Assembly (NCBI GenBank): GCA_951406725.2
Contig: OX597836.1
Coordinates: 49,724,001-49,788,000, forward strand
Origin: Octopus vulgaris
Taxonomy: Eukaryota
Length of the DNA: 64,000 nt
Direction of reading: 5' to 3'
Part shown: in pieces, positions 12,101 through 26,865 of the stretch
Numbering within the stretch: position 1 is the first letter of the stretch
Layout: the number at the start of each line of letters is the position of its first letter
The notes under the pieces: generated by a model
The model's database searches: none
Seen by the model: only the letters and a program-made list of their open reading frames with translations
What the model was told of the DNA's origin: nothing
Position numbers and translations under genes: made by a program

Positions 12101-13891
12101 TATTTTACTAATTTCATTACTTTCAGAATTATTTCAACAGAAATAAGATAACCAAAGTGTAGGATGAACTGTACCTGTAAAGGCAGTATGGTCAGGGAAT
12201 GATTGCTTTTGACCATAACCTGGAATTAAACTCACAACAACCACAATAACAAACGTATTAAAGTGAGTGAAGAGGAAAGCCCTTACGTCGTTCACTCGAC
12301 TAGCTCGAAAAAACAACCAAACCTTCTTTAAATCGTACCCGGCTGCCTTAAAATAATCGAAGAACACATTGGATTATGTAATTTGGTTCACTGTGCATAG
12401 AAAAACAAGGTTACCACTGAAATACTTTGGATTTTGAAGTCTACTCAATGAAGGCCAACGACGACAGCGACAACACATTAAAATGAACCAGTGTGACGCA
12501 TCTAAGTGGTCGTTCGTCTCGCTAGAAATGGCAGCAAAATCCCTCTCAAATCCCATACCCCAAGGTCTGAAAGGCGTATCCGATAATGCAGTCCTACATA
12601 TCCGTAAAACGAAGAAAAGAAAGACGGGATTGTTATTGTTGGAATGCTTTTGATCATAGATCTGGTTGAACAGGCTTTACCAGGGGCTAAACAACATCAT
12701 GTATTCTTTAGAATGCTTCTTTGTGTATATGTAGCTTGTTCTGGACGACCTCTGTAGTTGCGTAAATCTTCTGAAATCTTCCTTCAGCGTTTGTTTGTGT
12801 GTGCATATTTGACTCTCGGGCAATCTACGGCGGAGGTAAAGAATACGCACCACCACCCGTTTTCGGCGCAATCTAACCCTGAACCCTAAACCTAGACTCA
12901 ACACTAGAAATAATAGTCGATATTTCCCTTTCAAATATTCTTACAGTGTCAAAATAAAATTACTATTCTCTTTCACATATTTTATAGTGTAGTCATAGGA
13001 ACACATAAATAGTATAAACACATAATAGTCATGCCTGGTTTGTCCCAACTGTTAGGGGTCACTAGTTCACGAATGACCTGGAGGGAAGACAACAACAGAG
13101 TCACACACTTGCCAACAGAAGAAAGGGAATAAACCTTTGGCCAGTCGGTTGGTCTGCTAAAAATAAGTTAGCTTTCCCTTAAATCATACTAAAAGAGGAA
13201 GAATGCATATGTAATGTAGTTGCAGAAAGCCTTCTGGAAACTGTAACAGGCAAACTACAGATCTCTTTCGAATCACATCTTCATTGTCCAAGACACAAAA
13301 GGCAGACAGACATTCGATGTAAAATGGGATGGGACTTTAACAAGAATACTTTATCTTTTGTAAGAATTGATCTGGGTTTAACTCACAACAATGCTATCAT
13401 CATCATCATTATTATTATCATCATGAAAAACCAACGAGTTGCCCTGGAGGTGGTCGCTCGACAAGCTAGAAATAAAGGTCAAACATTTTCTACAAAGATA
13501 CTATCGTATGCATATATATTCATGCCTATATTTAAATCACGTTTTGTGTGTCTGTCACTCGAGTTTGAAAAGGAAAAGGGAAGGATACACTGGATATTGT
13601 GCTGTCCTAGATACACTATAAGTAAAAAATGAAAAAAATAGAATAAAACTGGATGATTCAGTTGGGCTGTCTTTGAACCTAGGTTCAACGGATCACAGCT
13701 GCTACGCGACTCTGTAGCACGACCCCACCCGATTGTACGGAATTAGGGATATGCTAGAAATAGCAGCCAAATTTCAACAAATCACGTTTTATTGTCTTAA
13801 AAGGACGCACTGACAAAAGGGAGATTGTCAGAGCTGGAACACCTTTCAATACGGCTGGGTTAAACAATAACAAGAAACAGACAGACAGACT

Positions 13892-14400
<509 letters not shown>

Positions 14401-14563
14401 TATATATGTGTGTGTGTTTACTCACGAGCACGCATTTACACACGCACGCACGCACCCATATATACATGTATATGTTCGACTGCACTCCATCCGTAGCAGA
14501 TATTCTGATTTCCATGTCTTTGTCTACCTGCTTGTAAAACTATATCCCGATTCGCCTTCCCTT

Positions 14564-14597
<34 letters not shown>

Positions 14598-15235
14598 CAC
14601 GCGCGCGTACATTCACATATATGAAAGTACATGTGAAACATTAAACATCTCGTTCTCTATCAAAATATTGTTTTTGTAACTGTACACACACACACAAACA
14701 TATGCACGCGCACACACACGCACGCACACACACACACACACACACACGCACGCACGCACACACACACACACGCACGCACGCACACATGAATGAAGTGCTT
14801 TACGTCAGCGAGGTGAGATGTACTCTTTGAAGTGAATGTAAGTCTGTTACATCCATAAACGCATAAGTTTGAATATGCAAATGTGTGTTGACGCATGTTG
14901 TTATGCGTAGAAATTGTATCTGCTGAGAGAGAGAAAGGCAAATGCTTCTTGGGTCGATTTAAAGTAGTGTAAAAACGGTTTAACCTTAAATAAAGAATTA
15001 CCCGATATTCTTGGTAGAATTCATACTTTTATATGGGGACTTGACGGAGACTTCGAAGTTTCGGACTGCTAGCTTTCATATATATATATATATTACTTAT
15101 TTCAGTAATTTAACTGCGGCCATGCTGGAGCACCGCCTTTACGGGTTTTATTTGAACAAATCGACCCTAGGACTTATTCTTTGTAAGCGTATTACTTATT
15201 CTATCGGCCTCTTTTGCCGAACCGCTAGTTTACAG

Positions 15236-15657
15236 GATCCTGTAACCTGTGGACTACTGTATTCTGTAAGCTTCATATTCAGTTTTGGACGCCGGTACCG
15301 CAGGGCTTGGAATTTTTCAGCATTAAACTGCATATTATTATCCTCAGCCCATTTGTAAATTGAGTCCAACTCGCGCTGCAGATATGCAACATCGCTGTGG
15401 TTCTGTATTTTCTGTGAGACTTTCGTATCGTCTGCGTAGCTATAGCAAGGGTGGCTATCCGGGCAGTTGAGGGTATATCTGAGAGGGCCACTATGAAAAG
15501 CAGTGGTCCCAAGACAGTACCCTGTTGAACACCGCTCACTATTTGTGTTTTCATTGAGGTGAATCCATTGGCCACTACTGCCTAACTTCTATCTTTCAGA
15601 AAGTCATGTAACCACTCTCCAAATTTTCCAACTATGCCGAGATCACGCAGTTTGTGT
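15236..15657 (-). mobile_element. CR1/L2-type LINE RT fragment
   Basis: SGVQQGTVLGPLLFIVALSD; same family as 724-3320. Confidence 0.85.
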
Positions 15658-16511
15658 AGTGGGTGCTTTTTACGTGCCACCTGCGGGGTGGGGTGGGGGG
15701 CAGTCAGGCGGCACAGGCAACGACTACGCTCGAATGGTGCTTTTTACGTGCCACCGGCACAGGAGCCAATCAGGCGGTCGGCGAGCTGGCAGAATCGTTA
15801 GCACGCCGGGCGAAATGCGTAGCCGTATTTCGTCTGTCGTTACGTTGTGAGTTCAAATTCCGCCGAGGTGGACTTTGCCTTTCATCCTTTCGGGGTCGAT
15901 AAATTAAGTACCAGTCACGCACTGGGGTCGATGTAATCGACTTAATACCTATGTCTGTCCTTGTTTGTCCCCTTGTGGGTAATAAAGAAATAGGTACTGT
16001 CATTAGCCACGACAACGACTTCACTTGCCTCAACAGGTCTTCGCAAATGCAGTCTCTTGCCCAATGATTGAAGGGTGCTCTTAAATGGGCTGGTTATGTT
16101 GCACTGGCATAGGCCAGGGTTACGGTCTCACTTCGCTTGCCGGGTTTTCTCAAGTACAGCATATCTCCAAAGGTCTCGATCACTAGTCATCGCCTCGGCG
16201 AGGTTCAACGTTCGAAGGTCATGCTTCACCACCTCATCCCAGGTCTTCTTGGGTTTACCTTTCCCACAGGCTCCCTCTACTGCTAGGGTGTGACACTTTT
16301 CCACCCAGCTGCCCTCATCCATACGCAACACAAGACCATACCAGCGCAGTCGTCTCTCTTGCACACCACATCTGACGCTTCTTATGTCCAACTTTTCTCT
16401 CAGGATGCTTACACTCTGTCGTGTATGCACACTGACGTTACTCATTCATCGCAGCATACTAGCTTCATTGACTGCAAGCTTACGCATGTCCTTAACAGTC
16501 ATGGCCCATCT
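15658..16511 (-). mobile_element. 3' end of an RTE-like LINE, interrupted by a SINE
   Basis: ORF 16128-16445 has RRLRWYGLVLRM and GKPKKTWDEVVKHDL (RTE C-terminus). The 3' UTR repeat at 15660-15780 is related to the 66-bp unit at 54066-54975. Confidence 0.85.
15775..15995 (+). mobile_element. tRNA-derived SINE (family B) nested in the RTE 3' UTR
   Basis: ggcgagctggcagaatcgttag (A box-like), gagttcaaattcc (B box), then ctttcatcctttcggggtcgataaattaagtacc; reverse copy at 36700-36895. Confidence 0.8.
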
Positions 16512-16873
16512 TAACACATCGTGGGTATAAAAGTGACATATGAAGTAAACGCGGCAGTATACTTTTGCGAGTATGAATGAATGTCGGACACATGATGTCG
16601 CTTGATCATGTGCATATTTTTGAAATACTCGCGAATTTATGCATTATGGAATACTGTACTGAAGAGAAACAGTAAGTAAAATTAATTTACTTTAAGTTCA
16701 AAACGCGCCTGCAGTTATCTAACCAAGTTTGATTCATTATTTACCTACAAATAAAGTACGTTGTTCTCGGAGATTTTAAGGTAGTAACATAAGACATTAA
16801 CGCCTATTTTCTAGTAGTGCGTGGAGAGGCAGTAAGCTGAACCCGCACTAGCTACCTGGTAAAATCATTATGG

Positions 16874-16929
<56 letters not shown>
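16874..16929. repeat. (TTA)n microsatellite forming the tail/target of the R4/Dong element
   Basis: Perfect ATT run directly at the element's 3' end. Confidence 0.9.
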
Positions 16930-19900
16930 GTTTTTTCCTTCTTTCTTCAAATTTTCTTCCATTTCTCGCCGAGTGTTTTCCATACACCTAGGGTAGAGAA
17001 GGGCATTGTATGCATTCCCAGATTACACGCACAAATTCACAGATAAAATATGTATTTAAAAATTAATAAATAAATAAATTCATGGATGGATGTTGTTTTC
17101 ACAGTGATAATGCTCTTCTCAGTACATGAGCCGTTCCAGTTAATACGATTTTTTGCACTTCCTGTAGGGATGGTAAGCCTGGTATCATTTTCAAATAGGT
17201 TTCAGTACCTTTTTTCTTTTATCATTCCTATAGATCCTACAATCACTGGTACTGTAGTCGCCTTGAGATGCCACATTTTTTCAATTTCTATTAGCAAGTC
17301 TTTATATTTACTAATCTTGTCAAATTCTTTCGCCGCTATATTGTGATCGCAAGGAATACTCATGTCAATTAATAAACACATCCATTTTGCCTGATCTTTT
17401 ATAATAATATCCGGTTTATTAGCTTTTATAGTCCTGTCGGTCTGCACAGGGAAGTCCCATAGAATCGACACATTTTCTCCCTCAGGATGATATTTATACC
17501 ATTTGTCAGCGGTTTTGATTTTATAATGCCGACATATTGTCCAGTGTAAATACTGGCCGACTCTGTCATGTCTTGCTTTATATTCTGCAGGTGCTAAGAC
17601 TCTACACCCTGAGATTAAGTGGTCTATTGTTTCAATCTCATCGTTACAGAATCGGCATTTCGGCTCCATTTTTTATTACATTGGCTTGGTAGTTCTGGGT
17701 TAATAAGCTAATATGAGCAGCTAATATGAAACCTTCACTCTCTGGTTTTAGCCCTGAGCTTCGTAACCATTGGTGCGTGTGTTTCTGGTCGACATCAGCT
17801 TGTTTGCTACGGGCCACATACTTGCCACGGAGAGGTTTTTGTTCCCATCTGCTAGCTAAATTTTCATGTGCTTTTGTCTTTGCAATTAATTTTATTTTCT
17901 TTGCAGCTGCAGTTGGCGCATTTCCTTCAACCTGCTCAATTTGGTGGGTATCTAAGAGATCAGCAGCAAATTTTTTGCTCCATTTGAGAATAGAGTGAAG
18001 TCTTTTCAGTCTTTCATGTTTTTCAACAAGTTTTAGCATCCAATCGTTGGTTGTTTCAAGGTATTTGGCCAGTCCGATTGTGGTGGTTTTGTATGTAAGT
18101 TCAAGCTGGATCAAACCTCGACCTCCCTGAGCTCTGGGAAGGTAAAGATGATCCATGTCTGCCTTTGGATGGTGCATCTTATTACAAGTCAGTAGCTTGC
18201 GGATTTTTCTGTCAATTTTCATTATTTCACTGGTATTCCAGTTAAGCACATTGAATCTATAAAGAACAACTGGTACTGCTAAGGAATTTATGGCTAAAAC
18301 CTTATTATATGCATTCAGCTCAGACTTCAGGACTGCTCGAACTCTTCTATAACATTCTTTCCTAACCTTCTCTTTCATGCTTGCATGCTGGATACCAGAG
18401 CCTTCATTTATTCCTAGGTATTTATAGGTTTGTTCCTGCTCAAGTTCCTTTATTACTGTTTTGACATCTAATTCGATTGAACTTGACTTTACCAATTTCC
18501 CTTTCTTAAAAGTGGCTTTCGCACACTTCTCAAGGCCAAACTCCATCCCGATATCATCACTGAATCCTTTCACAGTATGTAGTAGTCCTTCAATTTCTTC
18601 ATCATCTTTGCCGTATAGTTTTAAACCATCCATATAAAATAGATGGCTTATTTTCCTGTTGTCAATTTTGTAGCCATATCCTGTTCTCTTCACAGGAGAA
18701 ATTTTGAAAATGTCCAGCGATTTCAGAATCCACGAATGTGGTATGATGTCAAAGGCTTTTTTATAATCAATCCATGAAGAGCTGAGCTTTCTGCGCTTGT
18801 TATGGCAGTTCTCAAGGATCAAGCGATTAATTAGGAGCTGATCTTTGCATCCGTATGAGCCTCGTCTGCATCCTTTTTGTTCCGTGGGAAAGAGGTTATT
18901 CTCTTCCATAAACGTATATGTTTTCTCCACTAGAATAGATGTCAAAATCTTATAGGTAGTTGACAAACATGTTATAGGCCGGTAGTATTTTGGGTCTTTG
19001 GTTTTGTTATTTTGGGGGAGGAGGTAAGTAATACCATTTGCCATCCAATGGGGTGTTTTTTCCGGGTCTTTCATAATACTATTAAATAGTATTACTAACA
19101 TTTTGTGTGTGAACGAGAGTGATGAGAGAAGTTTGGTACTCTATCAATACCAGGGGATTTCCACTTATGAGCCTCCGTTAGTGCCCTCCTTAGGTCGGCG
19201 ATTGGGATGTCTTCCCATACCTGTTCTTGTAGATTTTTGTAGTCGTCTTGGGTGCGTTTGATCCACTCTGCATTTTCATTGTATGGTTTCTCATCACTCC
19301 AGATCCCCTTCTAAAAGTTTTCAACTTCTTCCATTAGGGGTGGATTTTCAATGGTTATTTTTTCTTTCCCTATTTCCCTGTAAAATGATTTGGCATTGGA
19401 TTTGAACATCTTATTTTGCTTATAGTATTTGATTCTTTTCTCAAATCTGCGTATTCTCTGAGCTTTTGCTGGAACTCTTTATTTAAGTGTTTCTTTCGCT
19501 GACATTAGTTCTTCTCTTGTTGAGCGTCCATATTTTCTCACAATCTTCCTGCCTTTTCTTGATCTTACATCATTTCCAGAGATTAGCTCAGTTAATATTG
19601 ATATCTCCCTTCGCAATGATTCAATTTCAGTTTCAATTCTACTCCTCCAGTTTGATTTTCTTTTCGAATTTGGTATTGTTGGCTTTTAGGGTGTTAAACA
19701 GCGTCTTTCGATTACCTTAGCGACAGAGTAAATAATTTCATTTAATTTATTAAGATCGGGTTTTAGTTGGTGTATGATTTCCTGTGTAACGCAGTTGCCA
19801 ATTTTTATTTGTTTTATGTTGATGTGCATTTGAGAGTTTATGGAGTGGTTCCCTATCATTCATAGTTGTATGGCCTACAACTGCAAGCTCATTCAGAACT

Positions 19901-20590
19901 TCTTGCTTCATTTCAATGATAGATTTTCTGTGTTGTTCAACAAACATGAGGTCTTCAAATTCTGTTTCGACATCATTTTCAGGGCTGTTTTTTCTAGGGT
20001 CATTATATTTTCCTTCTTCAGGATCTTGAGTCGTTTCGGCAGATGGGCGCCTTTTAGTCAATGCTTGTGGCCCAACATTCCTCTCCTCAGCTTCGTTATT
20101 TCTTTCCTGACTTACATTTAGGTCATTCTCTACCACTTTTTTAATAGAGGTTAATTCTGCATCTGTGAGTCTGGTATTTCTGAAGATATCTCTTCTAACA
20201 TTTGCTAATCTGTTTTCATCCAGGTTTGGTCTGCTGGCTGGATTCCTCCAAATTCTGTAGGAGTTTGCGGTGTGTTTTTCTTGGGTTGGCCTACTTAATG
20301 CAAAGTAATAAGCGTATATTACTTATTTATATTCTTCCCGGTTCTATTTAGTTCTTTTACATTATTGATTTTGTGGTCGTTGTGGTGGTGAACTTTGGGG
20401 GCTTAATTTGGGACAAATCCCGTTTAAGTGACCTTCCAGGTTCGTATTCGGGGAAGATATTCTGTCATTTGAAAATTTTTCGCCATCGGGCTGGCGGCCT
20501 CCTGATGGGCGCGCTTCCTGTATAACCATTGGACAAGCGATTCGGTGGACTGTTTGAAATTTTCTTTTCAAGTAAAGTTAAATTATTATT
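16930..20590 (-). mobile_element. Near full-length R4/Dong-clade non-LTR retrotransposon (RT + CCHC + restriction-like endonuclease), inactivated
   Basis: YRPITCLSTTYKIL, EQKGCRRGSYGCKDQL, WIDYKKAFD and HLFYMDGLKLY (YMDD mutated); CRFC-x8-H-x4-C zinc knuckle; RHD; KPDIII...LIDMSIP...KISKY endonuclease. Frameshifted, with a (TAA)n tail. Confidence 0.9.
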
Positions 20591-20650
20591 AAGTTTTCAT
20601 TAAAAATAAATAAATAAATAAATAAAAGATTTAACCACTCATTTATCATC

Positions 20651-20853
20651 ATTAGCAGCAGCAGCAATAGTAGCAATAGTAGTAGTAGCAGTAACAGCAG
20701 TAGTATTGGTAGCAGCAACAGCAGCAGAGGTAGCAATAGTAGTAGTAGTGACAGCAGCAGCAGTGGTAGCAGCAGCAGTAGCAGCAGCAGCAGTAGTAGT
20801 GGCCGTAGTTGCAGCAGCAGCAGCACCAGTAGCAGTAGTAGTAGTAGTAGTAG
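20651..20853. repeat. Mixed (AGC/AGT)n trinucleotide repeat
   Basis: Directly visible. Confidence 0.9.
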
Positions 20854-21566
20854 TAAGTGTGGCTCATGTAATTAAAAAAAAAATTTTTTTAGGTGGGATG
20901 GGGTCCGATCGGTCAAAAAGAGTTCAAATGTCTACTACTAGCAGCGAACAGTGACCTTAACCTTAAGAAAAATTTAGGAAGGGCCGACTTACTCTGTTCT
21001 GTGTTATTTGTGAATAGAGAAGTTGTGTTCGACCAGAGAGAATCTATTATTAGTATCATTATTTTTTTCCATGTGCGTTTGTGTTATTGCAATAAAAAGT
21101 GTTTGCATATTTCGGGTTAAGTAATATTGTAGAGATTGAAGTTGACTTTTCTAGAGATGTTTGTATGTCCAGTTAGAAGAACAGGTGTGTTTTTGCTATA
21201 AAAAGTATATATTTACATTTATATTTGAATATTCAGGGAGGAATCAAAGAAAAGTCAGATTTTCATAGAAAGTTTTAAGGTTCACCAAAGAGAGTCATTT
21301 GTAAGTCCTCACAAAGAAAACCGTGATGTTTTCAGAAAGAAGAAAAAAAAAGGGGATGTTTACAGAGGCAATTGTGGGTATTAAAGTTTTTAAAGCTGAT
21401 CGATTGTGTGTTTGAAAACTGTAGATATGTAAATTTGTAAATTTCTTAACTTATTTTGAAGAGAATTTTAAATACTCACAGGATATTGTAGATATTCCAG
21501 TCTTCGAGAGTTATTTTCCCCATTGTTAAACTGGGTCATATTAGTGTTTCTATGGCTTTCGGCTAC

Positions 21567-21626
<60 letters not shown>

Positions 21627-21629
21627 CAT

Positions 21630-22440
21630 CATCTTATGAATTTTGAGTGTTATCGATTCTGAACCTGCTTAGCAGGGAAAGTATCGAGTCTAGAAATTCC
21701 CCCTTTAAGGGGTGAATTGAACTTTTTCATTGCAACTTTTTCTTGTGTAATTTATCTACGCATTTTTGAAATTATGGCTTCCAGACAAAACAGACAGCAC
21801 CCCCAATATCAACAAACTCAACGAGATGTACCAAAAAATGTTCCTAGCATTTCCCTGTTGCGATCGGAAGGAGGTGAATCCAGAAAACAATCCCAGAAAT
21901 ATACGACAAATCCTACAAAGGACCCCCCAATGTGCAACAATGAAAAAGAATTAACTGACAAAGAAAATGAATTAAGCAAACCAAACCGACGTGGTTTCGC
22001 GTCGGTTGCAACTATAAACTAGGAAAACCTAAAAGTTATCCAAGCTGACCTAGTAAAATATAAACGCTTAGTAAAGCGTGAGGAGAATAATGTAAACTTA
22101 ACCCCACCCGGTGATATCATGCAACAAACAGCTACGAAAATATTTAAAACTCTTTCACTAAAAATGAAAAAGTTGAACATATACCAAAGGAAACAATAGA
22201 AAAATGTCTCCAGCCCATATGACGGGTGGGGTACCAAATACGTAGCAAGAGATAAAAATACGGCACTGTGGAGGAAAAATTTGCTTCCGAAGAAGAAGCA
22301 AAGGAACACTCCACAGTACCTTTGAAAACCAATGAACTGGTGCTACTGCCCACTTATATGGGTAAACGCACGTCCAAAATAAAAATTGGGAAGGTCCCAC
22401 CAGAAATTGACATGGTGTAGCTCGAAATTATACCCGACTT
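21630..22440 (+). pseudogene. Possible decayed ORF1/gag-like 5' part of a non-LTR retrotransposon
   Basis: Coding-like fragments MASRQNRQ... and LVLLPTYMGKRTSKIKIGKVPPEID following a (TTA)n tract; family not established. Confidence 0.35.
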
Positions 22441-22469
22441 AATAAATTTACCAGATGGAACAGCTCTCC

Positions 22470-22640
22470 GAGTAATGTTGGAGTCATTAGCTGTCATACC
22501 CGTATAGTGCCTAGTATTGCTGTCGGATGGTGTAAGGGCGGCTCTGTATACTACAGCCCTTGGGAGGCAGGGTCCTTCTGGAAGGCACATGGTGGGGTTT
22601 CGGAAGTTGCAGGTTGGGGTTGGGGGTAGTTGAATGCATT
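22470..22640 (-). pseudogene. PLE GIY-YIG endonuclease fragment
   Basis: C..CLPEGPCLPRAVVYRAAL...RHYTGMTAN resembles the GIY-YIG start in ORF 29727-30227 (CPLNNNCLQRDLVY...SYIGMTSN). Confidence 0.7.
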
Positions 22641-22964
22641 TTTACGTCTGTTGGTGCGTGCGATGTTGTCTAAGCAGGATTAACTCATAAATGTATGTAT
22701 GTGTGGGAGAACGTGCGCGCCCATGTACAGATGCGTACACTAGCATCAATACAGACATGCATGCAAAATTAGCGCATCCACAACCTCCAACCTCCAACAA
22801 CCAGACCGATTTCCAGTCCACCACGTGGTAGACTTCCTGTTCACCATGCGGTGTTTTCTAAGTAACAGTCGTCACTGATATACGGTTATACCAGCATCAA
22901 ACCACGACATCACCTGACCTTCCTCGACCAATTCCAGACAACCTTACGTTAATAACAATCAACT

Positions 22965-23104
22965 TCTTTCATTCAAATTCAAAATGGCTGAAGATTAGCA
23001 TTGAAACTCTCGGACTACAAACGAATTTCAATCAAACTGTTTTGATCCATACATGTAACTCTCAATAAACGTGCTGAGTGCCTTCTTTCGTTTGTCCACT
23101 CACT

Positions 23105-23105
<1 letters not shown>
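22965..23105 (+). mobile_element. PLE pLTR relic homologous to 61729-61860
   Basis: attcaaaatggCTGAAGAttagcattGAAACtc...atcaaactgttttgatccataca is shared with the 3' end of the PLE at 60075-61860. Confidence 0.65.
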
Positions 23106-23171
<66 letters not shown>

Positions 23172-23733
23172 ACACGACGGGCTTCTATTCCCTTTTTCTC
23201 CCCATCCCTGCTTCACCGTTTTCTATTTCTCTCGTTGCTCACACGTGACCATCGTCCATCTTCCTTTTCTTCACGTGAACATCTTTCTTTTCCTTTTCCT
23301 ATAAGGACATTGAAACGAACGGACGTGTTTTTCTCCTTCTCTCTTCTATATTTTCTCTTTTAAGAAAAAGATGTTTCTCCCGGCATTCACTATTTTCCGC
23401 TCGTTCTGCTCTAATGACCCTTCATGTTTGTTTTCGTTCAGTTTCCTTGTATGCCTCTACGGTCATTGTTTTGTTTCTATCTTTGACCGTCCATAAATCT
23501 AAATTTTATTTTAAAATTTATGGGAGCAACTGTCTTTGAAGACTCATATTGTCGTTGAATGCTCGAAATGAGGAGTAGATAGACAGCCGACAACTGATGA
23601 AGGGTTCTTTCTGTGTTAACGTGTCCTGTTTTCCATTTTTTCCTCGTTGTTTATGTATTTCATGTTATTTACACCGTTGGTGACCTCCTGTACCCATATA
23701 TGCGTATTTGTATATATATATATATATACACAC

Positions 23734-24020
23734 GGAGGCACAATGGCCCAGTGGTTAGGGCAGCGGTTGTAGGATCGCGGTTTCGATTCCCAGACCGGGC
23801 GTTGTGAGTGTTTATTGAGCGAAAACACCTAAAAGCTCCACGAGGCTCCGGCAGGGGGGGTGATCCCTGCTGTACTCTTTCACCACTCTTTCTCTCACTT
23901 TTTCTTCTCTTGGCCTGCTCGCTTAGTCAGCGGGGTGGCGTCATTTGAAGGCTAAAACAATGCGAAGCGCATTGTGACCAGCGGTGTGTAGCAACATCTG
24001 ATGGTCTGGTCGGTCACGTG

Positions 24021-24021
<1 letters not shown>
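23734..24021 (+). mobile_element. tRNA-derived SINE (family A)
   Basis: Second copy of 13973-14254, with A and B boxes. Confidence 0.9.
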
Positions 24022-24051
<30 letters not shown>

Positions 24052-24133
24052 TATATCATATATTATATTATAATATTTATTGCGACGCATGCATTTGCAA
24101 GTAAGTTCGTACACACACACACACACACAGATA

Positions 24134-24468
24134 GGGCATACCTACACAAGAGTGTCCCACCGAATTGGTTTCTTCATAACTTCCCTGAAAATAGATATTT
24201 TTAAATAATTTTTTTTAGAAATATGTTTCCAATTGTGGTGTAGATTCCAACTATATCGGAATTTGTTGTGAAAACCTTTTTTTCGTTGCCATCAAAGTCG
24301 AATGGTTTCAATTTACCAAAACTGTTCTCCCTGCTTTTCACAACAAATTCCGATATAATCGGCATTTAAGCCATCCAAAACGTGTTTGCATAAAATTTCA
24401 TTAAAATATATCCGTTTTTCTGAATGTTACGAAACAAATTCTGGGGCACAGTTGTGTAGTTATGGCCG
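24134..24468. mobile_element. MITE with long imperfect terminal inverted repeats and TA flanks (Tc1/mariner-like)
   Basis: gggcatacctacacaagagtgtccca versus the reverse complement of tggggcacagttgtgtagttatggccg; inner IR atatcggaatttgttgtgaaaa / ttttcacaacaaattccgatat; TA at both ends; partial second copy from ~32908. Confidence 0.7.
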
Positions 24469-24607
24469 TAAATTAACATATATATAAGCATACATGCAGG
24501 AAGACTAACATTCTGACGTATAAACATAACACACACGTATATTTATGTATACCTACATATACATACATTCCTATATTTTTAAACATAATTCATACATGTA
24601 TAATATA

Positions 24608-25170
24608 CTAGCTGAATAGCCCGTCGTTGCCGGGCAATTTTTACAATAGAATGTCTTATATGAATTTTTCACACTATGCCTTCTCCGACAGACAGGCCTT
24701 TTAATCAGGACAGATTTGTGCAATTTTTCGCAAAAAATTTCGTTGAGGAATTTTTTCCTTTTTAAATTATTTACATGTCTGTTTGAACGTTTGACAAGAC
24801 TTTATTCAGTAAAACTTATCAACACTTCAGAAGTTCTTACAACTTTGGTCGTCGTAATGTTTTGCTTTCGTCTGTTTAATAAAAAATTCTTCATCCTAAT
24901 GATTTTGCCTTCATTTTATGATAGACAGCTATCATGCACGACATATCAGTTTTCATATCCTGTTTTCTGATTAGATAAAATTGATTAAATTTTAAACCTC
25001 AATAACATTTTTCTGCATTTTTTTCTGGAACAAATTATTAGGAAAATAGGATTCAGCGTGAAAAATTATTTCAATATACCAAATTTGAAATTTTTGACGT
25101 AATTATAAAATTTCACAATATGTGACATCAGCAGGGAAGACTCTAGAAAAATAGAGAGACAGTTATGGAA

Positions 25171-25231
<61 letters not shown>

Positions 25232-25838
25232 TACACACACATTTACAAACGTACTCACAGGTAATCCCGAATTTAAAATGTATGTATGTGTGTGTGTGTG
25301 TGTGTGTGTGTTGTGAGTGAATGTTTCTTTGCGCTGGAGAACAGAAAAACCAACTACTCCCTCTCTCTTTAAAGCTACGCATTCCTCACACCCACCTTTC
25401 CTTTTCTCGGCGTCTTAAAAGTTAATCCTGTGTATGTACATGTTTGTGTGTGAGTAGTGTGTGTGTGTATGTGTATGTGCATGCATCTTTTTATTTGCGA
25501 AAGTATGCATGCAGCTATATTAATGTTATCATTCCACTGCAACTCCATATTTGTCGCTTACACAACGCTGTTCTCCCCTTCCCTGATATCAGCCACATTC
25601 ACTATGCTACCACATTTCCCTTAAACTAACACTCTTGCATGCTTCTTATCTTATCAAATAATAGCCTGAGCCCCGCCCTGTGGGGTCCATTGTAGATTTT
25701 TATTGAATCCAATTAGCCTATAATTAAACTGGATGTTATTTTAACATGTATGCAACATTTCGTCAAGATCAGTTCACTAGTGTAGGTACCAAGATAACAG
25801 ATAAATCGACAGACAGAAATTGCCATTTATGTATAAGA
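24608..25838 (-). mobile_element. Non-autonomous Helitron
   Basis: Minus strand: A|TCTTATACATAAAT 5' end at 25838, GC hairpin GCCCGGCAACGACGGGC, then CTAG|T at 24608. The 3' end is clear; pairing it with this 5' end is inferred. Confidence 0.6.
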
Positions 25839-25860
25839 TTACAATTATACACTCGCGCGC

Positions 25861-25908
<48 letters not shown>

Positions 25909-26741
25909 CTCGAGTATTGTTCATCCAATCGCGCTGTAATTTTAAACATGGATACATGACAGAGCGGAGCGTTCCGTAATCTAAAAAAGAATTTCTAAAT
26001 AGTTTCAAGGCGAGAATCGCTATTTTTGTAATCTTTTTTTTCCTGTTTGTTCTGCCATTAAAATCAACCACTTGCTCACACAGCCGGGCACATACCATTT
26101 CGCTAACAACAAGGGGAGTACAGGATGACAGTCAGCCAAAACCGTCGCTATTCTGTATCTCTTATGACATTGAATTCCACTTGAATTTGTATATATATTG
26201 TGTTAAGATTCGTTATCAATCAATTATCCTTATTGAGAAGAAACCACCACACTGAATCACCAAACATCTCCACTACTTAACACCGTCCAAGTTAACCCTC
26301 TTCACCTTTACAGCTGACATGAAAATCTACGCAAAAAAGAGAAAAAACTGATTGCTATTAAAACGCATAAAATTTTGGGGTTAATAATCTCAATCTTTAG
26401 TTACAGTTTCTCATTCAAACTACATAATAGTTAGAATTGTCGGATTAAGACATTAGGGTGTTTTGAAGGAGATTTGGCTGCTATTTCTACCAGGTCTAGC
26501 TACCATGTAGAGGTCACCCTCATTGGCTCATACATACATATATACATAAAATCGAAATAAAATGCTTAAAGTAACAGTCGTCAAATACCAAAGCCAAGGT
26601 ACATGCACTGTCACGGGCCCCAAAAATTTCCAACTTCTTGCCTAATGCGAGCCCAGAGCAACCTATTGTATCTTACACCATTTCAGAATTGCGTCTCTAT
26701 TGTAATGTGAGATAATACTTTCAGTTTGAAAGAAGTGTGTC

Positions 26742-26781
<40 letters not shown>

Positions 26782-26865
26782 AGGTCCCGGGTTGATTCGG
26801 GGTTAACCACAGTAAATAAGGTACTCAATACATAGCAGAGTAAAATTAATTTATTATATAGAAGG

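Noticed and set aside
12874-12895. Telomere-like CTAACCCTGAACCCTAAACC
   Set aside because: Only about three degenerate units; more likely part of a DNA transposon relic than an interstitial telomere.
20578-20954. Poly-L, poly-C/Y and poly-A/V ORFs
   Set aside because: Translations of the AGC/AGT trinucleotide repeat.
23525-23625. CTGATGA at ~23595 and TTGAAGA at ~23536
   Set aside because: No properly placed downstream GAAA or helices in this copy.
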